Below the pieces are notes generated by a model. That model saw nothing but the letters and a program-made list of their open reading frames with translations, did not search any database and was not told the origin of the DNA. A stretch of DNA of 63,801 nucleotides, counting the filler, from Licmophora abbreviata (taxonomy: Eukaryota): the NCBI GenBank assembly GCA_900291995.1. It is 26 parts of 26 records of this genome, joined end to end, with 100 filler letters (N's around TTAATTAATTAA, not from the genome) between each part and the next. Parts side by side here need not be neighbours in the genome. Positions count along the whole stretch, not along the records: positions 13,670 to 18,390 come from OLMU01002168.1; positions 18,491 to 21,197 come from OLMU01002169.1; positions 21,298 to 22,693 come from OLMU01002170.1; positions 22,794 to 24,641 come from OLMU01002171.1; positions 24,742 to 26,563 come from OLMU01002172.1; positions 26,664 to 28,213 come from OLMU01002176.1; positions 28,314 to 33,668 come from OLMU01002177.1; 19 more parts are not named here. One strand, given 5' to 3'. Below are positions 17,532 through 28,357 of this stretch, one piece after another. The translations under genes were made by a program, and so were the position numbers. Numbering within the stretch: position 1 is the first letter of the stretch; the number at the start of each line of letters is the position of its first letter.

Positions 17532-18787
17532 ATGACGCCGTTCACATTCAACACCTCGCCCAGCATTCGATTTGGTGCCGGAATGATTGCCAATCTGGGT
17601 GACATCGTGCGCGCAGAAATCGGTACGCGGGTGCTTCTGGTGACCGATCCCGGCATGATGGCGACCGGGATCGTGGATCGGGTCTGCGATGTGCTCCGGA
17701 CGGCAGAGGTGGACGTCGTGCTCTATGCCGATGTTCAGGCTGATCCGCCGGAAGCGGTCATCGAGGCGGCGACACAGGCCGCCAAAACCGGCTCTGTCGA
17801 GGGGGTCGTCGGTCTTGGGGGCGGTTCGTCGCTTGACGTGGCCAAGTTGGCGGCGCTCTTGGCAACCGGACAGCAAAACCTTTCCGACGTCTACGGTGTG
17901 GGGAATGCCCGTGGCCCCAAACTTCCGTTGATCCTGATCCCGACAACCTCGGGCACCGGGTCTGAAGTGACGCCAATCTCGATCGTGACGACCGGCAAGA
18001 GCGAGAAGATGGGCGTGGTCTCGCCGGTTATCCTGCCCGAGATCGCCTTGCTCGATCCCGATCTGACACTGGGTCTGCCCCCCCATGTCACGGCCGCGAC
18101 CGGTATCGATGCCATGGTCCACGCCATCGAGGCTTACGCCTCGGCCAGCCCAAACAACAATCCCGTGTCCCGCAGTCTGGCCAAAGAGGCTCTGCGATTG
18201 ATGGGCGGTGCTCTGGAGCGGGCCGTCACGACGCCAGATGACATCGCGGCGCGTACAGACATGCTTCTGGGGTCGATGCTGGCCGGACAGGCTTTCGCCA
18301 ACTCGCCGGTTGCCGCCGTGCACGCGCTGGCCTATCCGATCGGTGGTCATTTCAAGGTGCCGCACGGGTTGTCGAATGCGCTCGTTCTTCNNNNNNNNNN
18401 NNNNNNNNNNNNNNNNNNNNNNNNNNNNNNNNNNTTAATTAATTAANNNNNNNNNNNNNNNNNNNNNNNNNNNNNNNNNNNNNNNNNNNNCATGTGCTGC
18501 GCTCCAATGCCGTGACCTCGCCCGAACCTTACGCCGAGATCGCCGCCTGCGCCTTTCCCGCACTTGAAGGGCTGGCGTCACAGGCGGCTGCTTCGGCCTT
18601 TATTGAGGCGATGCAAGACCTTTCGAAAAGATGTGGCTTGCAGCAGCACTTGCGCGATGTCGGCATTGCGCAGGACGATCTGCCCCTTCTGGCCCGTGAT
18701 GCGATGAACCAGACACGGCTGCTCGTGAACAATCCGCGTCCTTTGACCGAGGCGGATGCGCTGGCGATCTATCAGGCGGCTTGGTAG
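17532..18787 (+). CDS. Iron-containing alcohol dehydrogenase (split by a linker)
   Basis: GLGGGSSLD, PTTSGTGSE, DAMVHAIE, HALAY, HGLSNA; C-terminus NNPRPL after the linker. Confidence 0.92.
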
Positions 18788-19068
18788 GCATGCTGAAAGA
18801 CGGGATCTGCGTGACCGCATGACAGGGGACAGCACATTCAAACAGACGCTGTGCCGTTTGAATGCACGTCGGTTGGCCTGTTTTGAAAATACCTCTTGCG
18901 TCTCACGAAATAAGCCGGATCTGATGCCGGCGACCGTGTTCCTTTGCGAGTCAATGCTTTGCCCGATCCACAAATTCGCAAACGTCACGCCGACCTTGTC
19001 TTCTCGTGTCGATCGGACCGATTTCGATAGGGTTAGATATGATGCCTGAGCTGGGTAGCTGATCCGAC

Positions 19069-20004
19069 ATGAAATATTTCCCTCATCCGATCACCAAGAT
19101 AAACCTCAAACTTATCCAGGGATTTGTACTTGTAGCTCAGCAAAAGAGCTTTAAGCGCGCCGCGGATTTGTCAGGATTCACGCAATCGGCAATGAGCGCG
19201 CAGATCCGCACTCTGGAAGAGCAGTTGGGGACCCCCTTGTTCAATCGAACAACCCGGCATGTGGAAATGACCAAAGAGGGTGAACACCTGTTCAAAAGTG
19301 CAAAACACGCCATGGAAGAGATCAGTGCAAGCCTTCTGGATATTCAGAACGCGATTGATCTCAAGGTGGGGCATGTGGACATCGTCTGTTCACCGGCCTT
19401 TGCCATGGGCGGCCTTGGCGAGCTGATCGCGGAATTCAGCAAGGAATGCACCGATATCAGCATATCCATCCGTGAAGCGAGCATTGACGGTATCGTGAGC
19501 GCCCTCATGGTTGATGGGTTCGATTTCGGTATCGGACCAATGGTCGATGTGCCAGACCTCGACTTCGACCCTTTAATCAGTGATCCGATCGTGGCGGTGT
19601 ATCCAAGAGCCATGATTACGACGCGGGCAAAAAGCGTGTCCATCGAAGATCTGGCCAAATTGCCGCTTTTGTTGCTGCATAAATCGACGTCACTCAGACA
19701 GCAATTGGACGCGATTGCCTCCGAGAAAGGTGTCATGCTGCACGGGCAATACGAATTTTCTCAACCCTCGACGCTGGTTGCAATGGCCGAAGCTGGTCTG
19801 GGCGTTGCGTTGGTGCCAGAGGCCGTTGCGCGGCAGCGCCATCTGGTCGCGTCGAGCATTCTCAAGATCCGAGATGTGAAACTGAGGCGCATGTATGCGA
19901 TTATCACTCCGGCAGCGAAAAACCTTTCACCAGCCGCGCGTCGGATGGTTCAAATCCTGAAAAGCAAGAGCGGGACCCACGGAAAGGTTTTGCTAGATCA
20001 ATGA
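19069..20004 (+). CDS. LysR-family transcriptional regulator
   Basis: SFKRAA..TQSAMSAQIRTLEEQLGTPLFNRTTR; AGLGVALVP. Confidence 0.93.
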   Translation: MKYFPHPITKINLKLIQGFVLVAQQKSFKRAADLSGFTQSAMSAQIRTLEEQLGTPLFNRTTRHVEMTKEGEHLFKSAKHAMEEISASLLDIQNAIDLKVGHVDIVCSPAFAMGGLGELIAEFSKECTDISISIREASIDGIVSALMVDGFDFGIGPMVDVPDLDFDPLISDPIVAVYPRAMITTRAKSVSIEDLAKLPLLLLHKSTSLRQQLDAIASEKGVMLHGQYEFSQPSTLVAMAEAGLGVALVPEAVARQRHLVASSILKIRDVKLRRMYAIITPAAKNLSPAARRMVQILKSKSGTHGKVLLDQ

Positions 20005-20130
20005 CTGCTGCGATGTCAGAGGACTGGGAGAAATTCGACTCAACCATCCCCATGGGCCGCATGTTAGAGCCGCGCGACATCGCAAGTGTTGCGCTTTATC
20101 CTGCGTCTTACGAGGCCGCGTCGTTCAAGG
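20001..20130 (+). pseudogene. C-terminal remnant of a short-chain dehydrogenase
   Basis: KFDSTIPMGRMLEPRDIASVALYPASYEAASF resembles the SDR C-terminal IPxGR..P.DIA.A.LxLAS..ASF; no N-terminal part present. Confidence 0.55.
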
Positions 20131-20188
20131 CCGAATGCGTCGTGCGGCCTCTAGGGTCAGCCGGTACCGTGGGGTGCAGTCCTCAGCA

Positions 20189-20644
20189 TCAGCCCGCGTC
20201 GCGTTCTGTTATGATGAGCCGCTCAAGCAAGGCTCGCATCCCATCCGGAATGGTGACGGGGCGGCTCGTCTCTCGGTCCACATATACGTGGACAAAGCGC
20301 CCTTGCGCCGATGCGGTACCGCTGTCGCTACCGAACACGGCAAGCTCATAAGTCACGCTGGAATTGCCAAGACGGCCCACACGCAACCCGACCTCGATCG
20401 CTTCAGGGAAGGCTACGGGAGAAAAATAATTGCATTCGGAATGAGCCACCAGCCCGGTTACCGTGCTGCGCCGAATGTCCAGAACACCGCCTCGGATCAG
20501 ATATTCGTTCACCGCCGTGTCGAAAAACGAATAATAGGCGACATTGTTAACGTGCAAGTAGGCGTCATTGTCCATCCACCGGGTACTTATCGGGCAGAAA
20601 TGGGCAAATGCATCGCGGTGTTCGGGGATAGGACGATTGCTCAT
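20189..20644 (-). CDS. Acyl-CoA thioesterase (hotdog, 4HBT/YbgC family)
   Basis: TRWMDNDAYLHVNNVAYYSFFD; LGNSSVTY; FVHVYVD. Confidence 0.9.
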   Translation of the reverse strand: MSNRPIPEHRDAFAHFCPISTRWMDNDAYLHVNNVAYYSFFDTAVNEYLIRGGVLDIRRSTVTGLVAHSECNYFSPVAFPEAIEVGLRVGRLGNSSVTYELAVFGSDSGTASAQGRFVHVYVDRETSRPVTIPDGMRALLERLIITERDAG

Positions 20645-21060
20645 CAATTGCTCCAAATCACTGCGTGTTCTATCAGTTGAAACCAGCTCTTTTCACTGCA
20701 TCACGGAATTATCTGGACTGTCCAGAGAATATGGCTGGTGGACAATCATCATGAAAAGATAAGGGCTCCATCGAGGTTCCAAGACGCAGCTTGGCTGCAA
20801 TCCGTTTTGACCTAGCGCGCGGTAAAATTATACCTTGCTGATCTGCATGCACTGCTTGTTGAGCCATCCTTCGTTACGGTGCGCATGCGCTGGTCCCGTG
20901 GCAGAGCGCGCTGCCGCGTAACATGCGCATCATGCAGGGATTCGGCAAAGGCCGGATTACAAAGCCCATGGCCCTGTCACCCGGATCTTTGTGCCGGCTG
21001 TCCCTGTAATGTCTGCCGCTGCCGACAGGGCAAGGTAACCTGCCGCCACACCACAGGGCC

Positions 21061-21843
21061 CTAGTCTGCGGCACTCTGTGCGAGCGATGCCGTGTCCAAC
21101 CCGGATTGATGGAGGATTTCATCTACAACGTAATCGACACCCGTTCCCTTGCGAAGAGATGTCATGAAAAACGGTCTGCCACCGCGCATGCCCGTCGNNN
21201 NNNNNNNNNNNNNNNNNNNNNNNNNNNNNNNNNNNNNNNNNTTAATTAATTAANNNNNNNNNNNNNNNNNNNNNNNNNNNNNNNNNNNNNNNNNNNNTGT
21301 CATGAAAAACGGTCTGCCACCGCGCATGCCCGTCGCGTCGCGCTGCATCACGTCAAGCGATGCGCCGACATGCGGGGCCAGATCGATCTTGTTAATGATG
21401 AGAATGTCGGATCGGGTCAGGGCCGGGCCACCTTTGCGCGGAATGTCTTCGCCCGCGGCCACATCGATTACATAGATCGTCAAATCGGCCAGTTCCGGAC
21501 TGAAGGTGGCGGACAGATTGTCACCGCCGGATTCGATCAGAATGATATCGAGATCGGCATGCCGTGCCTGCATCTCGGCCACCGCCGCCAGATTGATCGA
21601 GGCGTCCTCGCGGATCGCGGTGTGCGGGCAACCGCCGGTTTCCACGCCCAACACGCGGTCGGCGGGCAGGATCTGCATCCGCATCAGCGCTTCGGCATCT
21701 TCCTGCGTGTAGATATCGTTGGTGATGACGGCGATGGAAAACCGCGCTTTCAGGGTCTCGGCAAGGCGCGCGGTGAGGGTTGTCTTGCCCGCGCCGACAG
21801 GGCCGCCGATCCCGATGCGCAGAGGGCCATTGAGGTTGGTCAT
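21061..21843 (-). CDS. ureG: Urease accessory GTPase UreG (split by a linker with overlapping flanks)
   Basis: [27 protein letters not shown]-terminus continues left of the linker to TAG at 21061. Confidence 0.95.
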
Positions 21844-22487
21844 GACTGAAAAAGCCTCGGTTGCTGGGTTTCGTGGAGCAGGGATGCGATATCCGACAGG
21901 AATACATTGCTATAGAGGTCGCGGGCTTGGGCCTTGACCTCTTCCTGCGCGATCCGCTGGCAGAGGGGGGAAAGGGCCGCGAGCACGGCTTGTCCTTCGG
22001 TCTGACCCAGTGGACAGATCCGCACCGCCGCAAGGATCAGGTTCGAGGCAAAGCTCTGCAGATAAAGACCCGCCGCGTCATATCCGTCGATCCCTTGAAG
22101 TGCTGCCGCACGCCCCACCGCCACAGGCAGAACCACATCCGGCAAGTTCAGGCCCCAGACCGCGTTGGTCGTGCGCACAAAGGCCGAGCCTTGCCGCTGT
22201 GCTTCGCGCTGTCGTTCCTGCGAGCAGGCGAAGGCGCGGGCCTCCGCATCAAGCGTCAGGATATCCGCACACCCTTCGGCGCGATAGGCCCGCCAGAGAA
22301 ACCCGGCGTCAGCCCGTCCCGAGCCGTGTTCCAGCACATCCTCCATCCAGATTTGCAGGCTGCCCGCGTCATGCACCGCCCCTTGCGCCATTGCGGTTTC
22401 AAGCCCGTGTGAATACGCGAACCCTCCAAGCGGATAGTTTGGCGACAGCCATTGCGACAGCGTCAAGAGACCTGAGTCAATGGGCAT
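21840..22487 (-). CDS. ureF: Urease accessory protein UreF
   Basis: [40 protein letters not shown]. Confidence 0.93.
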   Translation of the reverse strand: MPIDSGLLTLSQWLSPNYPLGGFAYSHGLETAMAQGAVHDAGSLQIWMEDVLEHGSGRADAGFLWRAYRAEGCADILTLDAEARAFACSQERQREAQRQGSAFVRTTNAVWGLNLPDVVLPVAVGRAAALQGIDGYDAAGLYLQSFASNLILAAVRICPLGQTEGQAVLAALSPLCQRIAQEEVKAQARDLYSNVFLSDIASLLHETQQPRLFQS

Positions 22488-23084
22488 GTGCGCTGGCCCC
22501 GTGGTCATGCCCGTGTGTGCGCCCGTGGCCATAGGCGCCGCCTTCGGGGGTGAAGGGCGCAAGTGCAGGTGCTAGGCTGGCGCCCAGATGCTCCAGCATG
22601 TGAGCGATCACCGGATCGTTCTGGATCACAAGGCGGTTCGCCTCGATCTGGCAGGGCGTGTGCCGGTTGCCGATATGCCAGGCGAGCCGTGGCNNNNNNN
22701 NNNNNNNNNNNNNNNNNNNNNNNNNNNNNNNNNNNNNTTAATTAATTAANNNNNNNNNNNNNNNNNNNNNNNNNNNNNNNNNNNNNNNNNNNNGTGCCGG
22801 TTGCCGATATGCCAGGCGAGCCGTGGCAGATCCGGGCCGGTGACGATCAGCACCTCCTCTGCTGCGGCACAGACCATCACCCGGCTACCATCCTCAAGCT
22901 CAAGCGCGTCGCCGTCATCCAACGAAGTGCTTTGCGCCAGATCGACGATGAAATCGCGCCCGTCATCGGTGCTCAGACGTTTGCGGCGCAGAAAACGTTC
23001 GTCGTAATCCAGTGTGCAAGGCTCGGCCGGTCCGGACCAATCGCCCTTGCGGATCAGACGCTGTGCAATGGGAAGTGCCGGCAT
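22477..23084 (-). CDS. ureE: Urease accessory protein UreE (split by a linker)
   Basis: LDYDERFLRRKRL, LAWHIGNRH, PEGGAYGHGRTHGHDH His-rich tail. Confidence 0.93.
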
Positions 23085-23094
23085 CTTGGTCCCC

Positions 23095-24641
23095 TCAGAA
23101 CATGAAATAGCGTTGCGCCATCGGCAGCACCTTGGCGGGTTGGCATGTCAGCAATTCGCCATCGGCGCGCACCTCGTAGGTTTCGGGATTGACCTCGATA
23201 TGGGGCGTCGCGTTGTTCAGGAGCAGGTCTTTCTTGCCTATATTGCGGGTATTGCGCACCGCAAGCGTGCGCTTGGCCAGCCCGAGAGAGGCGCCGATGC
23301 CTTCGGCTTGTGCGGCTTCTGAAACGAAGGTGACGGCGGAATGTTCAACCGATCGGCCATAGGCGCCGAACATCGGTCGGCTGTAGACCGGCTGCGGCGT
23401 CGGGATCGAGGCGTTGGGATCGCCCATTTGCGCCATGACAATGCTGCCGCCCATAAGGACCATCTCGGGCTTCACGCCGAAAAAGGCCGGGTTCCACAGG
23501 ACCAGATCGGCGCGCTTGCCGATCTCGATGCTGCCGATCTCATGGGCGATGCCGTGGGCGATTGCGGGGTTGATGGTGTATTTCGCGATATAGCGGCGGA
23601 CGCGCAGGTTGTCGTTCTCTCCGGTCTCGTCGCTGAGCCTGCCGCGCTGCTTTTTCATCTTGTCTGCGGTCTGCCATGTGCGGATGATCACCTCGCCCAC
23701 ACGGCCCATCGCCTGACTGTCCGAGGCAATGATCGAAAACGCGCCCATGTCGTGCAGGATGTCTTCGGCGGCGATGGTTTCGCGGCGGATGCGGCTTTCG
23801 GCAAAGGCCACATCCTCGGGGATCGACTTGTCGAGATGGTGGCAGACCATCAGCATGTCGAGATGCTCTTCCAGCGTGTTGACGGTGAAGGGGCGCGTCG
23901 GGTTGGTCGACGAGGGCAGGACATGATCCTCGCCGCAGATGCGGATGATATCCGGTGCATGGCCGCCGCCTGCTCCCTCGGTATGGAAGGCGTGGATCGT
24001 GCGACCCTTGATGGCGGCAAGGGTGTTTTCCACAAAGCCGCTTTCATTCAGCGTATCGGTGTGGATCATCACCTGCACGTCCAGCGCATCCGCAACCCCC
24101 AGACAGCAGTCGATGGCGCCAGGCGTCGTGCCCCAGTCCTCATGCAGCTTGAGCGCGCATGCCCCGGCCAGCACCTGTTCTTCCAAGGCCGCAGGCAATG
24201 AGGCGTTGCCCTTGCCAGCAAATGCCAGGTTCATCGGGAAGACATCCGCCGCCTGCAGCATGCGCCCGATATGCCAAGGACCCGGTGTGCAGGTCGTGGC
24301 CAGCGTTCCATGCGCGGGACCGGTGCCGCCGCCCAGCATCGTGGTCAGGCCGGAATGCAGCGCGTCGTCGATCTGCTGCGGGCAGATGAAGTGGATATGG
24401 CTGTCGAAGCCGCCTGCGGTCAGGATGCGCCCCTCGCCGGCAATCGCCTCGGTGCCGGGACCGACGATGATGTCGACGCCGGGCTGCGTGTCGGGGTTTC
24501 CGGCTTTGCCGATGGCGTGGATGCGCCCATCGCGAAGGCCCACATCGGCCTTGTAGATGCCCGTGTGATCGACGATCAGCGCATTGGTGATGACCGTATC
24601 CACCGCGCCCGCCGCGCGTGTCACCTGGCTTTGGCCCATCC
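23095..24641 (-). CDS. ureC: Urease subunit alpha (5' end in gap)
   Basis: [53 protein letters not shown]. Confidence 0.98.
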
Positions 24642-24741
24642 NNNNNNNNNNNNNNNNNNNNNNNNNNNNNNNNNNNNNNNNNNNNTTAATTAATTAANNN
24701 NNNNNNNNNNNNNNNNNNNNNNNNNNNNNNNNNNNNNNNNN

Positions 24742-25029
24742 CTGTTGGTTGAAGCCGAAAATGCGCCGTGCGCCCGAAATCGGGATCAGGGCGACTTCGC
24801 GGCGCTGGCCCGGCTCGAAACGCACGGCGGTGCCTGCGGCGATGTCGAGACGCAGGCCGCGTGCAGCGTCCCGGTCGAAATCGAGGGCGGGGTTTGCTTC
24901 GGCGAAATGGTAATGGCTGCCCACCTGAACCGGCCGGTCGCCAGTATTGGCGACCATCAGCACGGTTTGCTCGGCGCCCGCGTTCAGCGTCAGATAGCCT
25001 TCGGCGGGGAACACCTCGCCGGGGATCAT
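24742..25029 (-). CDS. ureB: Urease subunit beta (3' end in gap)
   Basis: [37 protein letters not shown]. Confidence 0.96.
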
Positions 25030-25211
25030 GCGGGCACCTTCCTGATATCGCGCAGAAGCGTCAGGGCCAGCACCGCGGTCCAGGTCAGAAGCAGCAGCAG
25101 CGCGGCTGGAAGCCATGATCGCATCGCATCATCAAGGACGATGGGCGCGACATCCGCCACGGCGGGCATCGTGGCGGCCAGAAGAACGAAGGGCAGGACA
25201 AGAGGCAGCAT
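25026..25211 (-). CDS. Small hydrophobic protein between ureA and ureB
   Basis: AAGGAG RBS, 61 aa, signal-like N-terminus plus one TM segment, ATGA overlap with ureB. Confidence 0.55.
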   Translation of the reverse strand: MLPLVLPFVLLAATMPAVADVAPIVLDDAMRSWLPAALLLLLTWTAVLALTLLRDIRKVPA

Positions 25212-25236
25212 GGAAATGTCTCCTTCTTTGGCAGGA

Positions 25237-25539
25237 TCAGCGGATCGGGTTATGAACGGTCACAAGCTTGGTGCCATCGGGAAAGGTGGCCTCCACCTGC
25301 ACATCGTGGATCATTTCGGGAACGCCCTCCATGCACTGCTCGCGGGTGACGACCTGTGCGCCAGCTTCCATCATGTCGGCGACACTGCGTCCGTCGCGCG
25401 CCCCCTCGACAACAGCATCGGTGATGAGCGCGATCGCCTCGGGGTGGTTGAGCAGAACGCCGCGCGCAAGGCGCTTGCGGGCGACTTCGGCGGCCATGGC
25501 AATCAGCAACTTGTCTTTCTCTCGGGGCGTCAGGTTCAT
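25237..25539 (-). CDS. ureA: Urease subunit gamma
   Basis: [35 protein letters not shown]. Confidence 0.98.
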   Translation of the reverse strand: MNLTPREKDKLLIAMAAEVARKRLARGVLLNHPEAIALITDAVVEGARDGRSVADMMEAGAQVVTREQCMEGVPEMIHDVQVEATFPDGTKLVTVHNPIR

Positions 25540-25542
25540 GGA

Positions 25543-26337
25543 TCACAATCTCCAGGAAATGGGCAGGGATGCATCGCTCAGCGCATCTAGGATCGGCAAA
25601 AGATGTGTGCGCAACTCGAATCCGTCCGGGCAGACCAGCCGCACGGTCAGGGTGGTTTCGTTCAGAAGTCCGGCCCCGCCGTTCGCGGGCAGATACTCGC
25701 GGACCAGGGCCAGACGGGCAGGGGCGTCGGGCGCCACATAAAGCAGGCTGGCTATGGCAGCGGCCCCCGCGGCCACCGCCGGGCGCGACAGCTGGGCCGC
25801 AATATCGCCCGACAGCAAAATGCCGTCCAGATACAGAGGACTGCCATCGCGCGTCACCTCGATCCGGTCGCGAAAGCTGCCTTGGGTCACCTGTTCGCCC
25901 ATCAGGGCGCGTCCGAAAATTACCGGCTCGACCATCAGCAGCCGCGCCTCCGCGTCCAGATCGATGCTCAGCCGGCGGTCGATTGCGCAGCCGTCAAAAA
26001 GGATCAACTCCTGTGGAAGCCAATGCAGCATGGCGTTCTTGCCGACACTCAGCCGCGTGCGCACATGCGCCGTTTCACCCGGCAAAGCCCGGTAGGCGCG
26101 TTCCGCCGCCTGTGTCGTCAAGCTGAGCCGAGTGCCTTCTCCTGCATGAGCGGTCAGCTGGAACCGGTCGCCCCCCGCCAGCCCGCCTGCCGTGTTGACG
26201 ACGATACATTCCAACTGGTCGCGGGTTCGAGGAAACACCGCCTTGAACGCACCGGACTGCCGCAAGCCATCGATCGCGCTGCGCCCGCCTACATGCTTTG
26301 AGGACAGGACGATTTCGCCGCGCGCACGTGGTTGCAA
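25543..26337 (-). CDS. ureD: Urease accessory protein UreD
   Basis: NTAGGLAGGD, TTQAAERAYR, WLPQELILF, FGRALMGE; start uncertain. Confidence 0.93.
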   Translation of the reverse strand: MQPRARGEIVLSSKHVGGRSAIDGLRQSGAFKAVFPRTRDQLECIVVNTAGGLAGGDRFQLTAHAGEGTRLSLTTQAAERAYRALPGETAHVRTRLSVGKNAMLHWLPQELILFDGCAIDRRLSIDLDAEARLLMVEPVIFGRALMGEQVTQGSFRDRIEVTRDGSPLYLDGILLSGDIAAQLSRPAVAAGAAAIASLLYVAPDAPARLALVREYLPANGGAGLLNETTLTVRLVCPDGFELRTHLLPILDALSDASLPISWRL

Positions 26338-26467
26338 CGATCCGCGAAGATTTGAGGGCTGCAGGGTTATGACGATGCTCCGCGCAAGATGTTGTGCGTC
26401 ATCTTCACCATGCGGCGGCTGCGGGCGAGAGGCGCGCTGATCATCGGGTATCGTTTTGAGTAGGTGG

Positions 26468-26484
26468 TGCTCAGTAATTAGGCG
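26468..26484. promoter_or_regulatory. Possible NtrC-type binding site upstream of ureD
   Basis: TGCTCA-GTAAT-TAGGCG resembles the TGC-N11-GCA NtrC dyad; imperfect. Confidence 0.3.
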
Positions 26485-26663
26485 ACTTGCATCAAAACCA
26501 CTCTCTTTGTAATCACCGAGAGTCTGTGCGATGGCCGGGATCGCGATGGTGACGGGGTCGGGCNNNNNNNNNNNNNNNNNNNNNNNNNNNNNNNNNNNNN
26601 NNNNNNNTTAATTAATTAANNNNNNNNNNNNNNNNNNNNNNNNNNNNNNNNNNNNNNNNNNNN

Positions 26664-27074
26664 CGTCTCGGCGATCTCCTGAATGCGGTTGCGCACCTTG
26701 TCGTCGCGCCGGAACGCCAGAGCCCCGAAAACGCCGTGGCCCTTTGGATAGCTCAGCTCGAGATTTTCGAAGACGGTCAGATCCTCGTAGACTGAAGGGG
26801 TCTGGAATTTCCGTCCGACGCCGGCATGAACGATCTGGTCCTCGCGCATGGTCAGCAGTTCCTTGTCCTTGAACGTCACGCTGCCGCTGGTGGCGCGCGT
26901 GCGTCCGCAGATCAGATCGAGCACCGTGGTCTTTCCCGCGCCGTTCGGGCCGATGATGACCCGGCATTCGTTGGGTTCGACGTAGAAGCTCAGATCATCC
27001 ACCGCCGTGAACCCGTCGAAGGACACGGTCAGCCCCTCGACCTTTAGGATGAAGCGTTCGTTGGGCACATTCAT
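26664..27074 (-). CDS. urtD: Urea ABC transporter ATP-binding protein UrtD (3' end, and probably urtE, in gap)
   Basis: VSFDGFTAV, GPNGAGKTT, GVGRKFQTPSVYE. Confidence 0.92.
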
Positions 27075-27101
27075 CTGTCGTTTCCTTCTGGATCGATGGG
27101 C

Positions 27102-28345
27102 CTATTCGGCCGGGGTGCTTTGGCTGGCGGACTTCGGTGCGCCGCGTGGAGCGAACAAGGCCTTCAGGCGTGGCTCGATATGCTGGCTCCAGATGCCGGC
27201 CAGCCCATTCGGAAACAGCATGACGACGGCGATGAACAGTCCTCCAAGCCCCAGGAGCCACAGCTCGGGAAAGCTTTCCGATAACGAGGTCTTGGCCCAG
27301 TTGACCAGCAACGCGCCGTAGACGGCTCCGAGGATTGAAAGACCGTCCCCCGACCGCGCAGAAGATCACCATTTCGATCGAGGGCACGATCCCCACCAGC
27401 GTGGGCGACATGAAGCCCACCTGCAGCGTGAACATCGCGCCGCCAATCCCTGCGAAGGCTGCGCCAAGGCAAAAAATGAAGATCTTGAAGCCGGCCACGT
27501 CATAACCCGAGAACCGCACGCGATCTTCCTGGTCGCGCATCGCGATCAGCAACCGGCCCAGCTTGGACTTGCGTACGAATTGCGCGATGAAGAGCACCAC
27601 GAAGAGCAGCGCGCCATTGACGAAATAGAGCACCTCCTTGGCCTCTTCGGTGCGGATGTCCCAACCCAACAGCGTGCGCAGGTCGGTGATGCCGTTGACG
27701 CCCCCGGTATAGCCCTGCTGCCCGATGATGAGGATGGTCAGGATCGCGGCGAAAGCCTGTGTGATGATGGCGAAATACACGCCCCCAACGCGCCGCTTGA
27801 ACATCGCGACCCCGATGATGAAGGCAAAGATGACCGGCACCGCGACCACCGCGAAAAGCGAAAAGGCGAGGCTATGGAAGGGTTGCCACCAGATCGGCAA
27901 CTCGGTCAGCTGGTTCCAGTCCATGAAATCCGGGATGCCGGGGGTGGACTGGATCGAGGTGTTCTCAGGCGTCGACGCTTCGAGCTTGAGGAACATTGCC
28001 ATGCAATATCCGCCAAGCCCGAAGAACACGCCCTGTCCGAGGCTCAGGATGCCACCCGCGCCCCAGCACAGCACAAGGCCGACCGCGACGAAGGCATAGG
28101 TGAGATATTTGCCGAACAGGTTGAGGCGGAAGCTGTCCAGCGCCATCGGCAGGGCGATGAAGATGATTAGCGCGAGAATGGCGAAACCGATCAGTTCCGA
28201 ACGCGTCAGGAAGNNNNNNNNNNNNNNNNNNNNNNNNNNNNNNNNNNNNNNNNNNNNTTAATTAATTAANNNNNNNNNNNNNNNNNNNNNNNNNNNNNNN
28301 NNNNNNNNNNNNNAGTTCCGAACGCGTCAGGAAGGTGGATTTCAT
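27102..28345 (-). CDS. urtC: Urea ABC transporter permease UrtC (linker, plus apparent +1 frameshift near 27342)
   Basis: WGAGGILSLGQG, PDFMDWN, GVYFAIITQA, RDQEDRVRFSGY; the C-terminal frame continues in ORF 27102-27311. Confidence 0.92.
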
Positions 28346-28357
28346 GATCGTGTCTCC

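Noticed and set aside
27335..27350. Frameshift in urtC (also edd near 42030 and the membrane protein near 54858) as pseudogenes or programmed frameshifts
   Set aside because: Single-base indels in otherwise intact genes of a low-quality draft; most likely sequencing errors. Needs reads to settle.
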